From Camelus ferus (taxonomy: Eukaryota): a DNA stretch of 64,000 nucleotides. The DNA is taken from the NCBI RefSeq assembly GCF_009834535.1, contig NC_045696.1, forward strand, positions 47,742,001-47,806,000, in the 5' to 3' direction. Positions 24,267 to 37,440 of the stretch are shown piece after piece (position 1 is the first letter of the stretch; each line of letters starts with the position of its first letter). A program made the position numbers and the translations under genes. The notes below the pieces were generated by a model. It worked only from the letters and a program-made list of their open reading frames with translations. It was not told where the DNA came from and searched no databases.

Positions 24267-26189
24267 CTTCTTATATCAGTGGCTGGGACAAACAAGTAAT
24301 ATGCAATATAATGTATCCACACACTGTCCAGCAAATCAATAGAGGACTGATTAAGAACTCAATATTTTTTCATTTCTGGCCTTTAGTTTCATCCACACAG
24401 CAGACCTAATCTCAAAAGACATCCATCCTCCTGTGCCAATTCATTATAATTTAAATAGAATAACTAATGGATGGGGAATACTGTACATATAGAACACATT
24501 AAAAATGAAGGTGTTTATTTTCATATGTTGATTTTACTTATTCCATTTACTTTCTTCAAATTGATCTAAAACATCTTAGGCAACTGAACCAGTAGAGAAT
24601 ATATATATATCTCACACTATTATCTTCAATGATAGTGACAGCCTGAATGAATTTTATTGAAAGTAATTTAGCATTGACTGGTTAAATATATAAACTACCC
24701 AATAGAAGCAGAGATATTGCCAGGCTCCTTCAAATTAGAGACAAAAAATAAATGTTTGGAGATTACATCACAAATTGGAACTGTCTTGGAAGGCAGTTCA
24801 AATGTAAAAATGAAATAAATTATCTAAATTCAAAACATTTTATGCCATCCATCACAGTGACAAATGCAGCTGCATTTTCTCCTTCTGATCATAATGTTAG
24901 AAAACAAGCTAATTATTTTTAACAGACAATTTCAGAAAAGGTATGCCTTCTTAGCACTACCTTCTTTTGCTCCATCAGAAGTGTATTTTAAAAGGGGTTC
25001 TTTGATGATCTTTAATCCAGGCAGTAATAAGAGAGGGAAAAAATAACTTGTAGTATAGATGAAATTTTAAAAACCTTTAAATTTATCATACATAGACTCT
25101 CCTACATTTTTCTTGAGAAGCTTAAAGTTTAACTCCTGGTTCTGCCCCTTCCTTGGTGGATGGGAAGGATGTAGTCTGTGATTTAAGAATGTCATCTCTG
25201 GAGCCAAAGGCCTGGAGTCATACTTCCCTGGCTAGCATTGTCTCCTTGGTCATGTCCCTTAGCCCCACTGTGGCTGAGTTTCCCACCTATGGAATGATAA
25301 ATGCACCAACCTCGTTGGGGTGGAGTGGTGCTTGCATGACATGAGTTTCTGGCATATAATAGTCTCTCTACAAATACTTGTTTGCAGTAATAGAATGCAC
25401 ATATCTTGGCTTCCAAAATAGACGTAACTGTTAGGAAGATTTGTCACCTTATAAATACAAAAGGTTTTTAAAAAGCTAGAGATATACCTGCTTATGATAA
25501 CAGTGTTGAAGAAATTTCCACTAGGGACTCCAGTCAACAATTTTATCATCTGAACTTCTGTTTTTTGATCCACATACCAACATAGGTCATTTTCCCTCAA
25601 TATACCATAAAATGGTTACCCAAATGATGACAAGCATGAAGAAAATAAAAATCAAGGAGCTCCCAAGTGTTGGTATTTCCAAAGCAACAAGAGATTAATT
25701 ATTACTATTGTGCTGTCTTTCTAAAGCATCTCAAACACTGACCTCACAGCTATACATTTGTGAGCTTGGTATGTTTGAGGCATTACAACTACTTTATGCT
25801 AAGGGATTCAAAGATGAATGGGAGCAATCCTTGCTCTTAAGGGTCTCAAGGGACTCAAGTGTAACGAGGGGTCTCCATATGTGTACCCTATGATGCAAAA
25901 GTACCACAATGGAAGTTATGGCAGCAAAAGGTTCTTAATGCCTGGTGCCTGCCTGAAGCTCTGATCTCATTCTGGGCTTCCTCTCATAACATGTTCTGGT
26001 CACACTGGCCTTCACCATTACTTTAAAGCATGCCAAATCTGCTCCAGCCTCATAGACTTACACTTCCACTGTCTGGATTCTTCTTCCTGGGAAGGTCACA
26101 ACATTGGCTTCTTCTTATCATTTGGATCTCAGCTCAAGTGTTCCTCCACAGAGAAAGCATCCCTTTCTAACTAGACTTAAGTAGCTTGC

Positions 26190-26731
26190 TGTATTAGTTT
26201 AGTCCTGCTACTGTACCAAACTACCACAAATGTAGTGGCTTTAACAATATGAATGTACAATCTTACAATTCTGCAGGTCAGAAGACAGACACCATTCTCA
26301 CAGGTGTCAAATGTCAGCAGGGCTGTGTTCCTCCCAGGATAATGTTAGGAAGAATCTGTTTTCTCGCCTTTCCCAGATTCCAGGATACTTCACTCCTTGG
26401 CTCATGGTCCCTTTTTTCCATCTTCAAAACCTGCAGTGTTATATCTTCTGCTCCTTCATCCATCCATCATTCATCCATTCTCTCTCACTTCTTCTTTGGC
26501 CAGAGCTAGAAAGAAGTCTCCTTATTTATGGACTCACGATTAGATTGGACTCATCTGAATAATCTAATAAAATCTCCCCATGTTATTTCTTTTTAAAAAC
26601 TTTTTCTCCATCTCATTTCTTAACCTTAATCACACCTGCAACATCCCTTTTGCCATGTAAGATAACATACTCACAGATTCCCAGGATTGGGATGTGGACA
26701 TCTTTGGGGCTTGTAGTTCTGCCTACCACAC
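26190..26731 (-). mobile_element. MaLR LTR (MLT1D/E-like)
   Basis: 'tgtattagttt...aaactaccacaaatgtagtggcttt...ttaaccttaatcacacctgcaa...gatgtggacatctttgggg...ctgcctaccaca'. Confidence 0.8.
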
Positions 26732-28611
26732 TACCACACTTAATCCTCCCTTAGTCTCTATTATGTTGCCTTTTTCTTTCTTATTATTTTTGTAGCACTA
26801 TACGAAATTCTATTTATTTAATTATAATTTACTTATTATTATATATTTCCTTGCTATGTGAAAAATCCCTCCTTCTACCCATTTCCCCTATACTATTCAG
26901 TAATCTTGAGAATAAGAATTTGATCTACTTTGATTATAGCAGCAACCCCAGCCCCTAGAGCAGCATCTGGCATGATGTAGGCACTCAATGAGCTCTTGTT
27001 AAATGAATAAATAAACCCAGCTTTGGTAATTGATGTAAGCTTTAGAGAGGAGGTGCTGCCTAAATTAAGTCTTGAAGATGGATAAGGAAATTATGGAATG
27101 AAAATTAGAGATTGGAAATTCCAGCTTGTACAGGAGAGAGCAAAGTCACTGTGGAATGACAATAGTGCTCTTGGAGGAGTGGCCAAGGATGAGACAGCCT
27201 GAAAAAAAATGAGTCAGAGGCAAATCACCAAAAAACTTTTCAGACTTTATCTTTCAAGTAATTAGAGCCATTGAAGGGTTTTTATATGGAGGAGTAACTT
27301 GATTAGCTCTGCATTTAGGAAGACACTATGCCACTGATGTCACTGTCAAACATTATTTGGAGGAAGGCCAAATGGGAGACTGAGAAGTGTGTTGTGTTCT
27401 ATCTTCCAAGATTTTAGCTGATTAATCTGATAAATGAAAGAATGCCAAAGTGTTAGTAGAAAATTGTTGGTAGAAAATCTATCTCTTCCACTAGGCAATA
27501 AGTATTACAATAGTTGACCATTGGAGATAATTTTCTTCTTTCCCCTAGCAACTGTGAATGATTTTGGAAGCATACTGGGCTGCTTTCTTAAGATTTTCTT
27601 GAAATCTTAAAAAAGACAGGTAGTATAAAAGCTCATTGCTATAACAATTTTTTAAAATCCTTAAAGATTCAATTTTACATGTTCCAGTCTAGCAGTGTCT
27701 TACAGAGTCACATTTGGCAAGATATTCCAGCTGTCTTTTTCTCATTTGTTCCAACTGTACAATGGTATAAACAAAAACAAATAAAAACAAAACAAAACAA
27801 AAAAAAAACACTGCTATATGATGACAGCTTATAATTACATTGTGAGAAAGTAAAGAGTCAAAGATGACACCAAAGCTTCAAATGCAGATGACATGGGTAG
27901 TGAAGGCTTCAAAAGCAGAAAAGATTGATGACAGCAGGAAAATCTGACAGGTTCATGAGGTCAGGGGAAACTGTGTTTGATTTTAAAAGCATTTAATTTC
28001 ATGATCCATCCTCATTTTATTCTACTTTATATTCATATCATATTATGCAAAAACACAGGTGTTAGATTTGGGAAGTTACGGACTCACTTCCTAGTTAAGA
28101 TTTTTACATGAAAAAGATAATCAGCCAGTGCTACTCTGGCAAAAGCAAAACAGACAGGACATTAAATAAGTAAATAAACAAAAACTCATGGTATTTAATA
28201 AATTGCAAAACGGTTCCCTCACCTCTCTCCTTTTGTCTCTCATTTCTCTAGTGATCAATTTTGAAAAACTTAGTAAAATATATGACAATTTAAATGTTAA
28301 TAGTTATAGATTCTATTACTTTCCAGTTTAAAAGAAATATATTTCAAAATAATAGTTTTATAGAAAACATATTTAATGCAATTCTTTATCTAACCCAAAA
28401 TAATCATGACCTTCTTCCTTATTGTTGCTAGTTAAGACTGTCTTTTTAGATTAATCACGTTTGATGTGTTCTAGGGGACCCAAATTGGGGAAAATTATTC
28501 AACTACTTTAACATATGCACAAAATGACTTAAATAATTAAGAAAATTCTGGTTGTATATGTAGACCTACATGAATTAGTGATGATCTAAGAGAAGCAAAA
28601 ATAATTTTTAA

Positions 28612-29445
28612 ATTGCCCATATCTAGTGCTGGGAAGGATGCAGAGCAACAGGAAGTCATTCATTGCTAACAGTTATACGAAATGGTACAACCACTTTGGA
28701 AGATGGTTGGACAGCTTCCTACAAAGCTTAAACATAGTCTTATCATATGATCCAGCAATCACACTTCTAGGTATATACCCAATTAGGTTGAAAACTTACA
28801 TCCTGACAAAAGCCTGCATATAAATGTTTATAGCAGCACTATTCATAATTGCCACAAACTGGAAACAACCAAGATGCGCCTCAGTGAGTGAATAAATAAA
28901 CAAACTGTGGTACATCCATACAGTGGAATATTATTCACCAGTAAAAAGATATGACCTATCAAGCCATAAAAAGACATAGAGAAATCTTAAATGGATACTG
29001 CTAAGTTAAAGAAGCCAGTGTGAAAAGACCACATACTGTATGATTCCAACTATACAACATTCTGGAAGATGCAAAACTACAGAAAGAATAAACAGATTCA
29101 CGGTTGCCAAAAGCTTGGGGTGATAAATAAGAAGGGTATATAGCACAGGGGATTTTTAGAGGGCGATACAATTCTGTGTGATATCGTAATGACAGATACA
29201 TGACACTGTATATTTGTCAAAACTCATAGAACCAGAAAACACAGAATAAACTTGAGTGCTAACTATATACTTTAATTAATAATGAATCAATATGGGTTCA
29301 TTACTTGTAACAAATGTACCACACAAGTGCAAGATGTTAATAAGAAAAATTGTGTGGTAGGGGTGTGGTATATGGGAACCCTGTGTACTACCTCCTCAAT
29401 TTTCTATAAATCTAAAACTGTCCTAAAAAATAAAGTCTATTTTGT
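28612..29445 (+). mobile_element. L1MC-like 3' end with ORF2 tail
   Basis: Translation includes 'YDPAITLLGIYP'; 3'UTR text 'aaaactcatagaa...tgtaacaaatgtaccaca...aaatctaaaactgtcctaaaaaataaagt'. Confidence 0.85.
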
Positions 29446-30937
29446 TTTAATGAATGAGGAAAAAAGCACTGCTCTGACATTTTAAAACTATGTAAGTGCC
29501 AACATTCACTCCTGGCCTTCCAAAATATTTTACTTGGAGAAAGGGTGATCACACACCTGGTTTGCCTGGGATATTCCCAGTTTATGTCAGTTATTCAGGT
29601 ATAATTATTAACTGAGCCTCTCTGTTCTCAAAAGTGTTCCATTTGGGATGATAAATTACATGATCACTGTTCTTAGAAGGGAAAGGGAAGTAACATCTTT
29701 CTAACATCTGTCTTTGAATGCAAGGAACTGGACTATGCCCTTTCCTTAATGTCTCATTTAAGCCTCACAATGTTCCCATGAGACCGATTTTGTCCTCCCC
29801 AATTTGTAGAGGGAAAAACTTGAAGCTCAGAAGCTCATTTACTTAAGATCATACAATTCATCATTGGCAGATCCTGCAGTTACACCTTCACCTCTGACTC
29901 CAAAGCTCATGCTCTTTCTATTGTAGTATTTGAATGGTGAAGAAAAGCTGGATGATAGATACTTGGACATTCTTTCCAGACTTTGTAATTCTTGAAAGAA
30001 TTCTATGGTAGTTATACCTGAGAAGCTCATGTGCATGGTATGGAGGTAGTAAAAAGTAGAGATTATATGTAAAGAGAGCTGTATTTATAAAGCTCCTGAG
30101 AATCTTTTCCAGTAAATTACAATGATGTTATAGTTACCAACTGTTTCATCCCTGGTCATGTGACAATAATGACATTTGTAATTCATTATTTCCCATAAGT
30201 ACAGTGGTTGGTAGCACCTAGATCTATTGTATAACCACAGAAGAGAAAAGCTATTAATTTGTGCCACCACACTGTGCAGCCAGGAAGAAATCATTAGGGA
30301 TGCAGAGAGTCCTCTGGGCCATAGCAGCTCACTCTTCTGGCTAACTAGAGACAAATGAAACTTCTACTTTTTTACTATCAATATAGCTGGGCTCGGTTTG
30401 AAGACCACAGTTTCCTGGCCATACACACTCTCCCACACACATTCTTCTCCTCCACTTTCAAATCCTCAGAGTAGAACAGCCACCCCAGCCACTTGCCATC
30501 ATTCCCAAAAAGAAAGGCTTGCCTTGAAATAATACTTTCACTGTGACAGAATAGTAGTAGCATCTACTGGATTAGATGTTGTTTTGTAAAGGATCTCTTC
30601 AAAAGATAATTAAACCTTCTTACCCATATGGAAGTTTTGAAAAATGGGTAAGAATTTTGCTCTTTGTGTCATGCTTTAGGAAGCAGGTTGTGTAGTGGAT
30701 ACGAGCATCATCTCTAGATTGAGTCCCAGCTCTGACACTGAATTCTGTCAATAGCACCTCAATATTGTATTTTCTCTGTTCCTCAGTTTCCTCATGTGGG
30801 AAATGGAAGCAATACAAGCATCCACTTCATAGGGTTGTTGTGAGCTTAAATAGGCATATAAGAGACTTAGCCTTACAATGTAAGTTCCATGAGTGTGGGA
30901 GAGGTTTGACTCCACTCTTAAAATATACAGTCTAGTA

Positions 30938-31447
30938 CAGAAGTTTTTAAACTGTGGTCTGGGGACTTTTAGGGAATCCCCAAGACTCTGGCAGGGGGGT
31001 CATGAGGTCAAAACTATTTTAGTAAAAATACTAGGACATTATTTGCCTTCTTCCCTCTCATTCTCACGTGGGTGCAGAATGGAGTTTCCCAGAATCTACG
31101 TGATAAGAGATACTGCAACAGATAGAATGTGGAAGCAAATATGAGAAAATCCAGCCACCTTCTATTAAAGAGATTATAAGTTATAAAACAAAATCACTCT
31201 TCTAACTTGCTTGCTTTGGAAAACATAGTTCTTCACATAAAAATGCATTTTATGTTAACATGTAATGGGTTTATATTATTATTGTTAAAAGAGTTAATGA
31301 ACACATATTTTTAAATATCTCAGTTTTACTTTCTAATGTAGTAACTATCATTGGCTATAGCTCGCATAATCAAAGCTTTTTAGAGCCTAAAAAAAAATTT
31401 CCAAGAGTGTAAAGGGGTCCTGAGATGAAGAAAACTGAGAACCACTA
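30938..31447. mobile_element. hAT-Charlie-type non-autonomous DNA transposon
   Basis: Termini CAGAAGTTTTTAAACT...AAACTGAGAACCACTA; flanking 8-mers GTCTAGTA / ATTTAGTA fit the Charlie-type target site; internal 'catgaggtcaaaactatttt'. Confidence 0.75.
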
Positions 31448-32034
31448 ATTTAGTACAAGCCTAGCACATAGTAACCACTTAGTAACTACTGAATTGCTAG
31501 AACAGGGCTTGACTTAGGGGAACTCAATAAATGAGAGTGTTGCTGCTGCTGCTGGTGATGGGTTGATGGTGACAAAAAATCATGATGTGAAGTTTGCTGG
31601 GAGCCTTCTATATGACAGGAGTAAGTATAGCAGTAATCTTTTGTGGAAATCTTATCTTGCCTAAGGCATGGCAGATGTTAGAGTTTAATGTAACACAAAA
31701 TTATTTTCAGTGTTCAGACTCTCTTTTTCTTAGCTTATTCTTTTCCTAATGGGGTTGCTCATTCTCATCCTACCAGAAGAACTTTGGAATTGAGCCAAGG
31801 CCTGAAAAATTCAGAGTGTTCTGAATGGTATCAGATTGAATGACATGAAGGTCAGGATCTCTGGGACCCACAAAATAAGGAACCATGGACATGTGCTTAA
31901 TATATACTGTGAAAATTGGATGGAGAACATGCCTCTAAACCTTCTCAACAAACAGGATGCCCCCAGTCCTCCTCTCAATTTCTCCTTCTTTCTGCATTGT
32001 CTCCAGCTATATAACACAGACTTTCATTTTTTCT

Positions 32035-32215
32035 AGATATGCTGCTACACTGGCTCTCCAGGAAGAAAAACATTTCCGGGTAGTAGTGTTCGCTGATTTC
32101 CATAGTGTAAATAGTCCCATTGTGGCCAGTTTCAAGTTTGCTGATACGATGTTGCTAGAGTCCAATTTGGCAGAAGAAACATATAATTGGCTCTCATGGT
32201 CCCAGCACACCACTG
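32035..32215. mobile_element. hAT DNA transposon fragment (MER63-like)
   Basis: Ends in 'aattggctctc...ccagcacaccactg'; internal 'gctgatttccatagtgtaaata...gccagtttcaag'. Confidence 0.6.
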
Positions 32216-33329
32216 GTGCTGGCCCTGCACTATGACGTTAAATTCACTTAAGTCCTGGCACTAAGTTCAGCTGCTCACCTGGCTTTCTTAGATCTTTGAT
32301 CATTAGCCCCACCCTCTCACCCAGTACTTCCAGCTAGTCAGTTTCCTCAGGTCCCAGAATTATCTCCTGCTACTTCTGCTTTTGTGTTTTGTACTTCGCT
32401 ACCTACATTGTCTGTCACCTTTGTGTCCTAATATCCCTCCTTCATCCTTCTGCTTATTCATTTGCTATGCAACTTTTTATTGACAAACTAAAGGACTTCC
32501 TCCTCAGTAAAATCTTCTCCAAATATACAGAGGTATTACTTACCTCACTCCCCTAAAATGATAGGGCATACTGAGGGATAATATTTATCTAAGTAATAGT
32601 GATAATATTGGTTATCCAGAATATATCAATATGGTGTTGTGGAAACAGTTCAGAATGGCATCCCTCCCTCTGCTGTTAATATACTGAGTGATCGTGGGCA
32701 AATCACTTAAATGTTCTGAGCCTTGATTTTCTCATTTGTAAAATGCAATGGAATACATGATTTCAAAGAATATTTTTCTTTCCTTAAATTCCTCTATTCT
32801 ACAGTCAAGTTACTTTATATAAACAAAAATCATATGACCTACTACTCCCATTGATAAAATTCAGTATTTCTTTGATTTTGAAACAAGTCAACTTCACTAT
32901 GTTCTATCTGATAATCACCCATTCCTAATATTTTATATTAAGAATAATTCTGTTCATCATCATCTTTCATCTCAGTTCCTCTGTAAGATCAACTTCACCC
33001 CTTTTCAACAGATAAAACAACCAAAAGTGCTTTTGGTAAGTAATTAAAATAACAATTCTAACCAACTTCATAAAAGTGATAGTAAAAGAATTACAAGTAA
33101 AAAAGCATTTAGGCATAAAACTCCTTAAAATGAAAGGTTTCGATTCTTAAATATTTTTAACATGCTGCTGAAGAAGTATTTCCTATATGACCTCAGAGTC
33201 TAAAAAGAACCATTGGGAAAAAATGATTTGAGAAAATATTTTGTTCACATGCAGCTTCAGGAGAATTATCTGATGATGTGGTGGGATTAAGTTTTATACT
33301 GACTGATAAAGCCAAATGATATTCTTTTT

Positions 33330-33716
33330 TCTTATTTCAACTTTACTGAGGCATAACTGACATACAAAATTGTAGGATGTTTAAAATGCAGGTTGTGGTG
33401 ATTTGATATATGTATACTCTGTGAAAGACTTCCCCTAATCTAGTAATAAACATATTCACCACTTCATGTATTCATCTCTTTTTTTTTTGGTGTGAATATT
33501 TAAGTTCTGCTGTCTTAGCAAATTTCAATTGTGCAACACAGTATTGTCAACTAGAGTCATCACATTACACATTTGATCCTCAGAACTTATTCATCTTATA
33601 GGTAAAAGTTTGCACTCATTTACCAACCTCTCCCTATTCCCCACACCCTCCAGCCCCTGACAACCACCTTTCTACTCTGTTTTTATAAGTCTAACTTTTG
33701 TTTTAGATTCCACATA
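33330..33716 (-). mobile_element. L1MA-like 3' end, antisense
   Basis: 'tttactgaggcataactgacatacaaaattgta...agaacttattcatctt...cccctgacaaccacc...tttagattccacata'. Confidence 0.8.
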
Positions 33717-34094
33717 GCTAAACCATATCCTTAAACAAAACAAAACTAATCTACGATTAAGTCCCACATTTTTCTTTCATATCTTTCTTTCTGGAGATTG
33801 CAAAGTTTCTTTCATCATTAAACTCAAGTCTAGTTCCAATCTTTCTGGAATCTTGTGCTTATTTTCTCCTTGCTCCTGTAAACTCACAGTGTGTGGTGAG
33901 GTAACTGCAAGGCAAGGAGCTGTGTTTAATCCTTTTTTGCATGGTTTGACTTGGCGTTCTGGAATGCACAATTTCATGAATAGGGACAAGCAGAACGACT
34001 CAAGTTGATATTGAATGCAAATTTTCAGCCTGTTTCTCAGCATGATAGGTAGTAAAATCAAGGAACTACAGTTTGTAAGTGAGTTTAGAGGTCA

Positions 34095-34250
34095 TCCATT
34101 TCCTCACAACTTACAGTGTGTTAGGAACCAGCAGCATCAGCATCATCAGTGTGTTCAGAACGTAGAAGCGCAGACCTCATCTCACATCTGCTGAATCAGA
34201 CCCTATTTTAACAAGATCCCCAGGTGATTTGCTTACCTACAATATACCAC
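34095..34250. mobile_element. MER5A-like DNA transposon fragment
   Basis: 'accagcagcatcagcatc...ctgctgaatcaga...ttttaacaagatccccaggtgatt'. Confidence 0.65.
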
Positions 34251-35014
34251 CTCTGATTAAGTGACAAACCAGCCTGTACTCGAATGTGTGCAGTCAGAGG
34301 AACTCACTCCAATTCCTTCTTCCTCTAAAGCATACTAACCAGTACTTAAGGTTCACTGGAAATATGGTTTTAATGATAGCTTTCTCTTGCTCAAATGAAT
34401 CACCTAATGTCCACATGTATTGTTCCAGAATTTGTAGCCAAACACAATCTAAGCTTTTCCATTCTTATTTTCCAGTCTTCTTTATATGGTGCCTCTATTC
34501 CAAAATTGACTACCTTAAAAGAACCCAGAAAAAAATCTACCTGTGTCACATAACAATGCTAGCAGTCAGTTCTGCTATCATTCTTCCTCTCTGGAACCCT
34601 CTTTCCTTATTGCTCTGCTTGTTTAGATTCTATTCACCCATGAAACCCCATCTCAGTGCTGTCCAGAGTACAATCCAACTCACCTGTGTTTCCAAAGACG
34701 TTCACTAGAGCAGGGCCAAAGGACCAGTGCCTTATTGATGTGTTCCGTTTAACCTGTATGGGGGCTTTAGAGAACTAGAATTTCAGTGCCTTAAAACAGG
34801 ACATGCACTGTCTGATTTGATCACAGCCCTCACTATTTCCTTTTGTATCATCCTTGAACAGATTCATACATTTCCAATACCAACTTTCCATTTGGCATCC
34901 TTGACCTAGTAATTCCCCCGTAAATAAAGGACTCCTCCAGTGTTCTTAGTCCAATTCCTAAATGATACACAATTTTTCTTTTCACATTTAATGTTTTGAC
35001 CACACTCTTCCATC

Positions 35015-35394
35015 TATATTGGCCTGCGTGGGCTACAATAATGAAATACCACAGACTGAGTGCCTTCACATAATTTTCTCACATTTCTGGAAGCTAGAAG
35101 CCCAAGACTGAGGTGCTTCCAGGGTTGGTTTCTGGTGAGACTTATCTTCTTGACTTGCAGTCACCTTCTCACTTTGTCAGGTCTCTTCCCTGTGTGGGCA
35201 CAGAGAGAGAAAGATCTCTAGTGTCTCTTTCTCTTCCTATAAGGACACCAGTTCTATCAAATTAGAATCCCACCTTCATGACCTCATTTACTTTAGTTAC
35301 CTCCTTAACAGTGCTATCTCCTACTACAGTCACATTGGCAGGGGTTAGGGCTTCAACATATGAATGGGGGCAGTGCATAATTCAGTCCATAACA
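35015..35394 (-). mobile_element. MaLR LTR (MLT1B/C-like)
   Basis: 'aaataccacagactgagtg...ttctggaagctagaagcccaaga...ccttcatgacctcatt...gggcttcaacatatgaat...ttcagtccataaca'. Confidence 0.8.
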
Positions 35395-35614
35395 CTATCA
35401 AAACACATTTATATCCTGGAGAATCATACATTACTGTACACAATTCCTCTATCTTTACCATCTAAGGGCTTTATCATCTAAGATATTCATGCAGACTTTA
35501 TAGCTGAACTCAAGGCAAGATTAGGGTAACCTTCTACACCAGTAGCAATTCACAGAAAACAGAATCAAGCTGATTTCAGCCTGGTTGCCATTGACATAGA
35601 GGCAACAATACCTG

Positions 35615-35850
35615 CCCCCAGAGAGTTTGCTATGTGCTAGATAGTGTTGTAAGCATTTTTACATATACTTACATATTTTTGGCCTCATGACACTATATGA
35701 TAAAAGTACTGCCTATATTGTTCCCTTTTTACTGATGAGAAAACTGAGACATACTAAGTAAATGGACTGTCTAAGGCTACACAGGTAGAACATGCTCAGC
35801 TGGGATTCAAGACCAGGCTGTTTGGCTCCTGGGTCGGTGCTCCTGGCCAT
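35615..35850 (-). mobile_element. MIR, antisense
   Basis: 'cccttttttactgatgagaaaactgagac...gctgggattcaagaccaggctgtttggctcc'. Confidence 0.7.
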
Positions 35851-36134
35851 TGTACCAAACTCTGCTTCTCAACAATGGAGACAAACGGATGAGGTGGACT
35901 TTATTGGAAAGGATTATAGCAAAGCCCCAATATAATCATATATTAATTTATAAATATATATTCATCTCACATATATTTAAGTAATCATCAGCATAAAAAG
36001 TTAAAAAAAATACACTGATAGGACAATTTATTGTCCAAATGTGGAACTTTGGGTAAAAAATGGGTGCTATTAATAATTATGTTGCAACAACAGGAGTAAA
36101 CAGTGTCCCAGGCAAAGCAAGATGTACAATCACA

Positions 36135-36358
36135 CTATTTACTGAGCATCCTTCATATGCCAGTACCATGCTAACAACTTTAGGCATATAATCTTTATAA
36201 AATCTCACTCAGATAGGCATTGTTATCCCCAATTTACAGGTGAAGAAACTGAGGATCAAAAAGGTCAGGTAACTTGCCCAAAGACACAACAAACAAGTAG
36301 TAGAGCTAGGATTTAAACCAGGTCTGTCTGAATCCAAAACAGTGCTCTTAACTAGCAC
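36135..36358 (-). mobile_element. MIR, antisense
   Basis: 'tatccccaatttacaggtgaagaaactgagg...aacttgcccaaag...ggatttaaaccaggtctgtctga'. Confidence 0.8.
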
Positions 36359-36869
36359 CCAAGATTGCTTTCCTCTTCCTACAGACAGCAAACAAGTTAT
36401 GGATGCTTAAGACAATTATATGTGATTATAAGTTCAGGGAAATAATTTGGTATTTATTAGGCTTATGAATTTATTTGTTTGAAGTTTTGCAATTTGGGGT
36501 TCATAACAATCATAAAAAGTTATCCGCAAAGAGAAAGTTCAGAAATGAAAAGTAAGATCTTTGTCAGTTTTGGATCAAATTTAGTAAGTTACATCTGTTC
36601 ATTCATTCATTCACCAGTTCTTAGTGAAGATACTGAAAATTATACCCTGAGGAAATTTATATTTCAATTGGAAGAACACAATCATACACAAGAAATTTAA
36701 ACAACAGATATGTGGTATCATGAAGTAACATGTTTAAATGTCAAATGAGAGTCACAGGCAATAATGTTGGATGTTCACAGGAGGATAAGTTCATTGTAAG
36801 TTAATGAAGTGAGGGAAAGTCTCATGGAAGAATTACACCTCAAGGGATGGTCTCTTACGATTTGTCACT

Positions 36870-37440
36870 CAGTATAGTTTGCTCTCCCTGCTTAAATTGG
36901 TTTTGTTATTACTTATGTATGGTAAGACCAAAGGATCAGGAGATGATTGCCACTGAAATGACAATTTGTTACTCATAGTTCCCACGAAGAGGGGACATAC
37001 CATATCACGGAGGGCCACACAGAGAAGCACCAGAGTCAACAGGAGGCAAAGTGAGTAGGGGAAAACATGGGCCAGTGTCCTTATTCTGGTTTCCATGGGA
37101 AGAAAAGAGAGAGACAGGGTAAGAGGCTTAGGATTGGCTAGGTTAAGTAACTTCAGTGGGCTCTGGGGCAAAGAGGCCCATCCCTGGTTGTCTGAAACCT
37201 AGCCCTGGGGTGATTAGGCTGCAGGATAGTAGCTCAGGGTGTAAGAACGGGTTTACATTTGAACAGTATCCTCATGGGTGGAAAATAAAAGACGTGGTTA
37301 GCACACTTCCTGAGAAGCTTAGAAGTGTTTTTGTATTGGTCTACCGCAGGAACATTTGTCTTTGTACTTTTCATAGGAGGCTAAGAGAGGGAAATTTGAA
37401 CAAATCAATCATCCTGTAGGAGTACCTCCAGCTTACATTT
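36870..37440 (-). mobile_element. ERV-type solo LTR (family not determined)
   Basis: LTR-like text 'ggatcaggagatgattgcc...tttgttactca...ttaggattggctagg...ccctggttgtctg'; GC-richer than its flanks. Confidence 0.55.

Noticed and set aside
34286..34708. 140-aa plus-strand ORF
   Set aside because: Non-ATG start, overlaps decayed L2-like sequence, no recognisable protein features.
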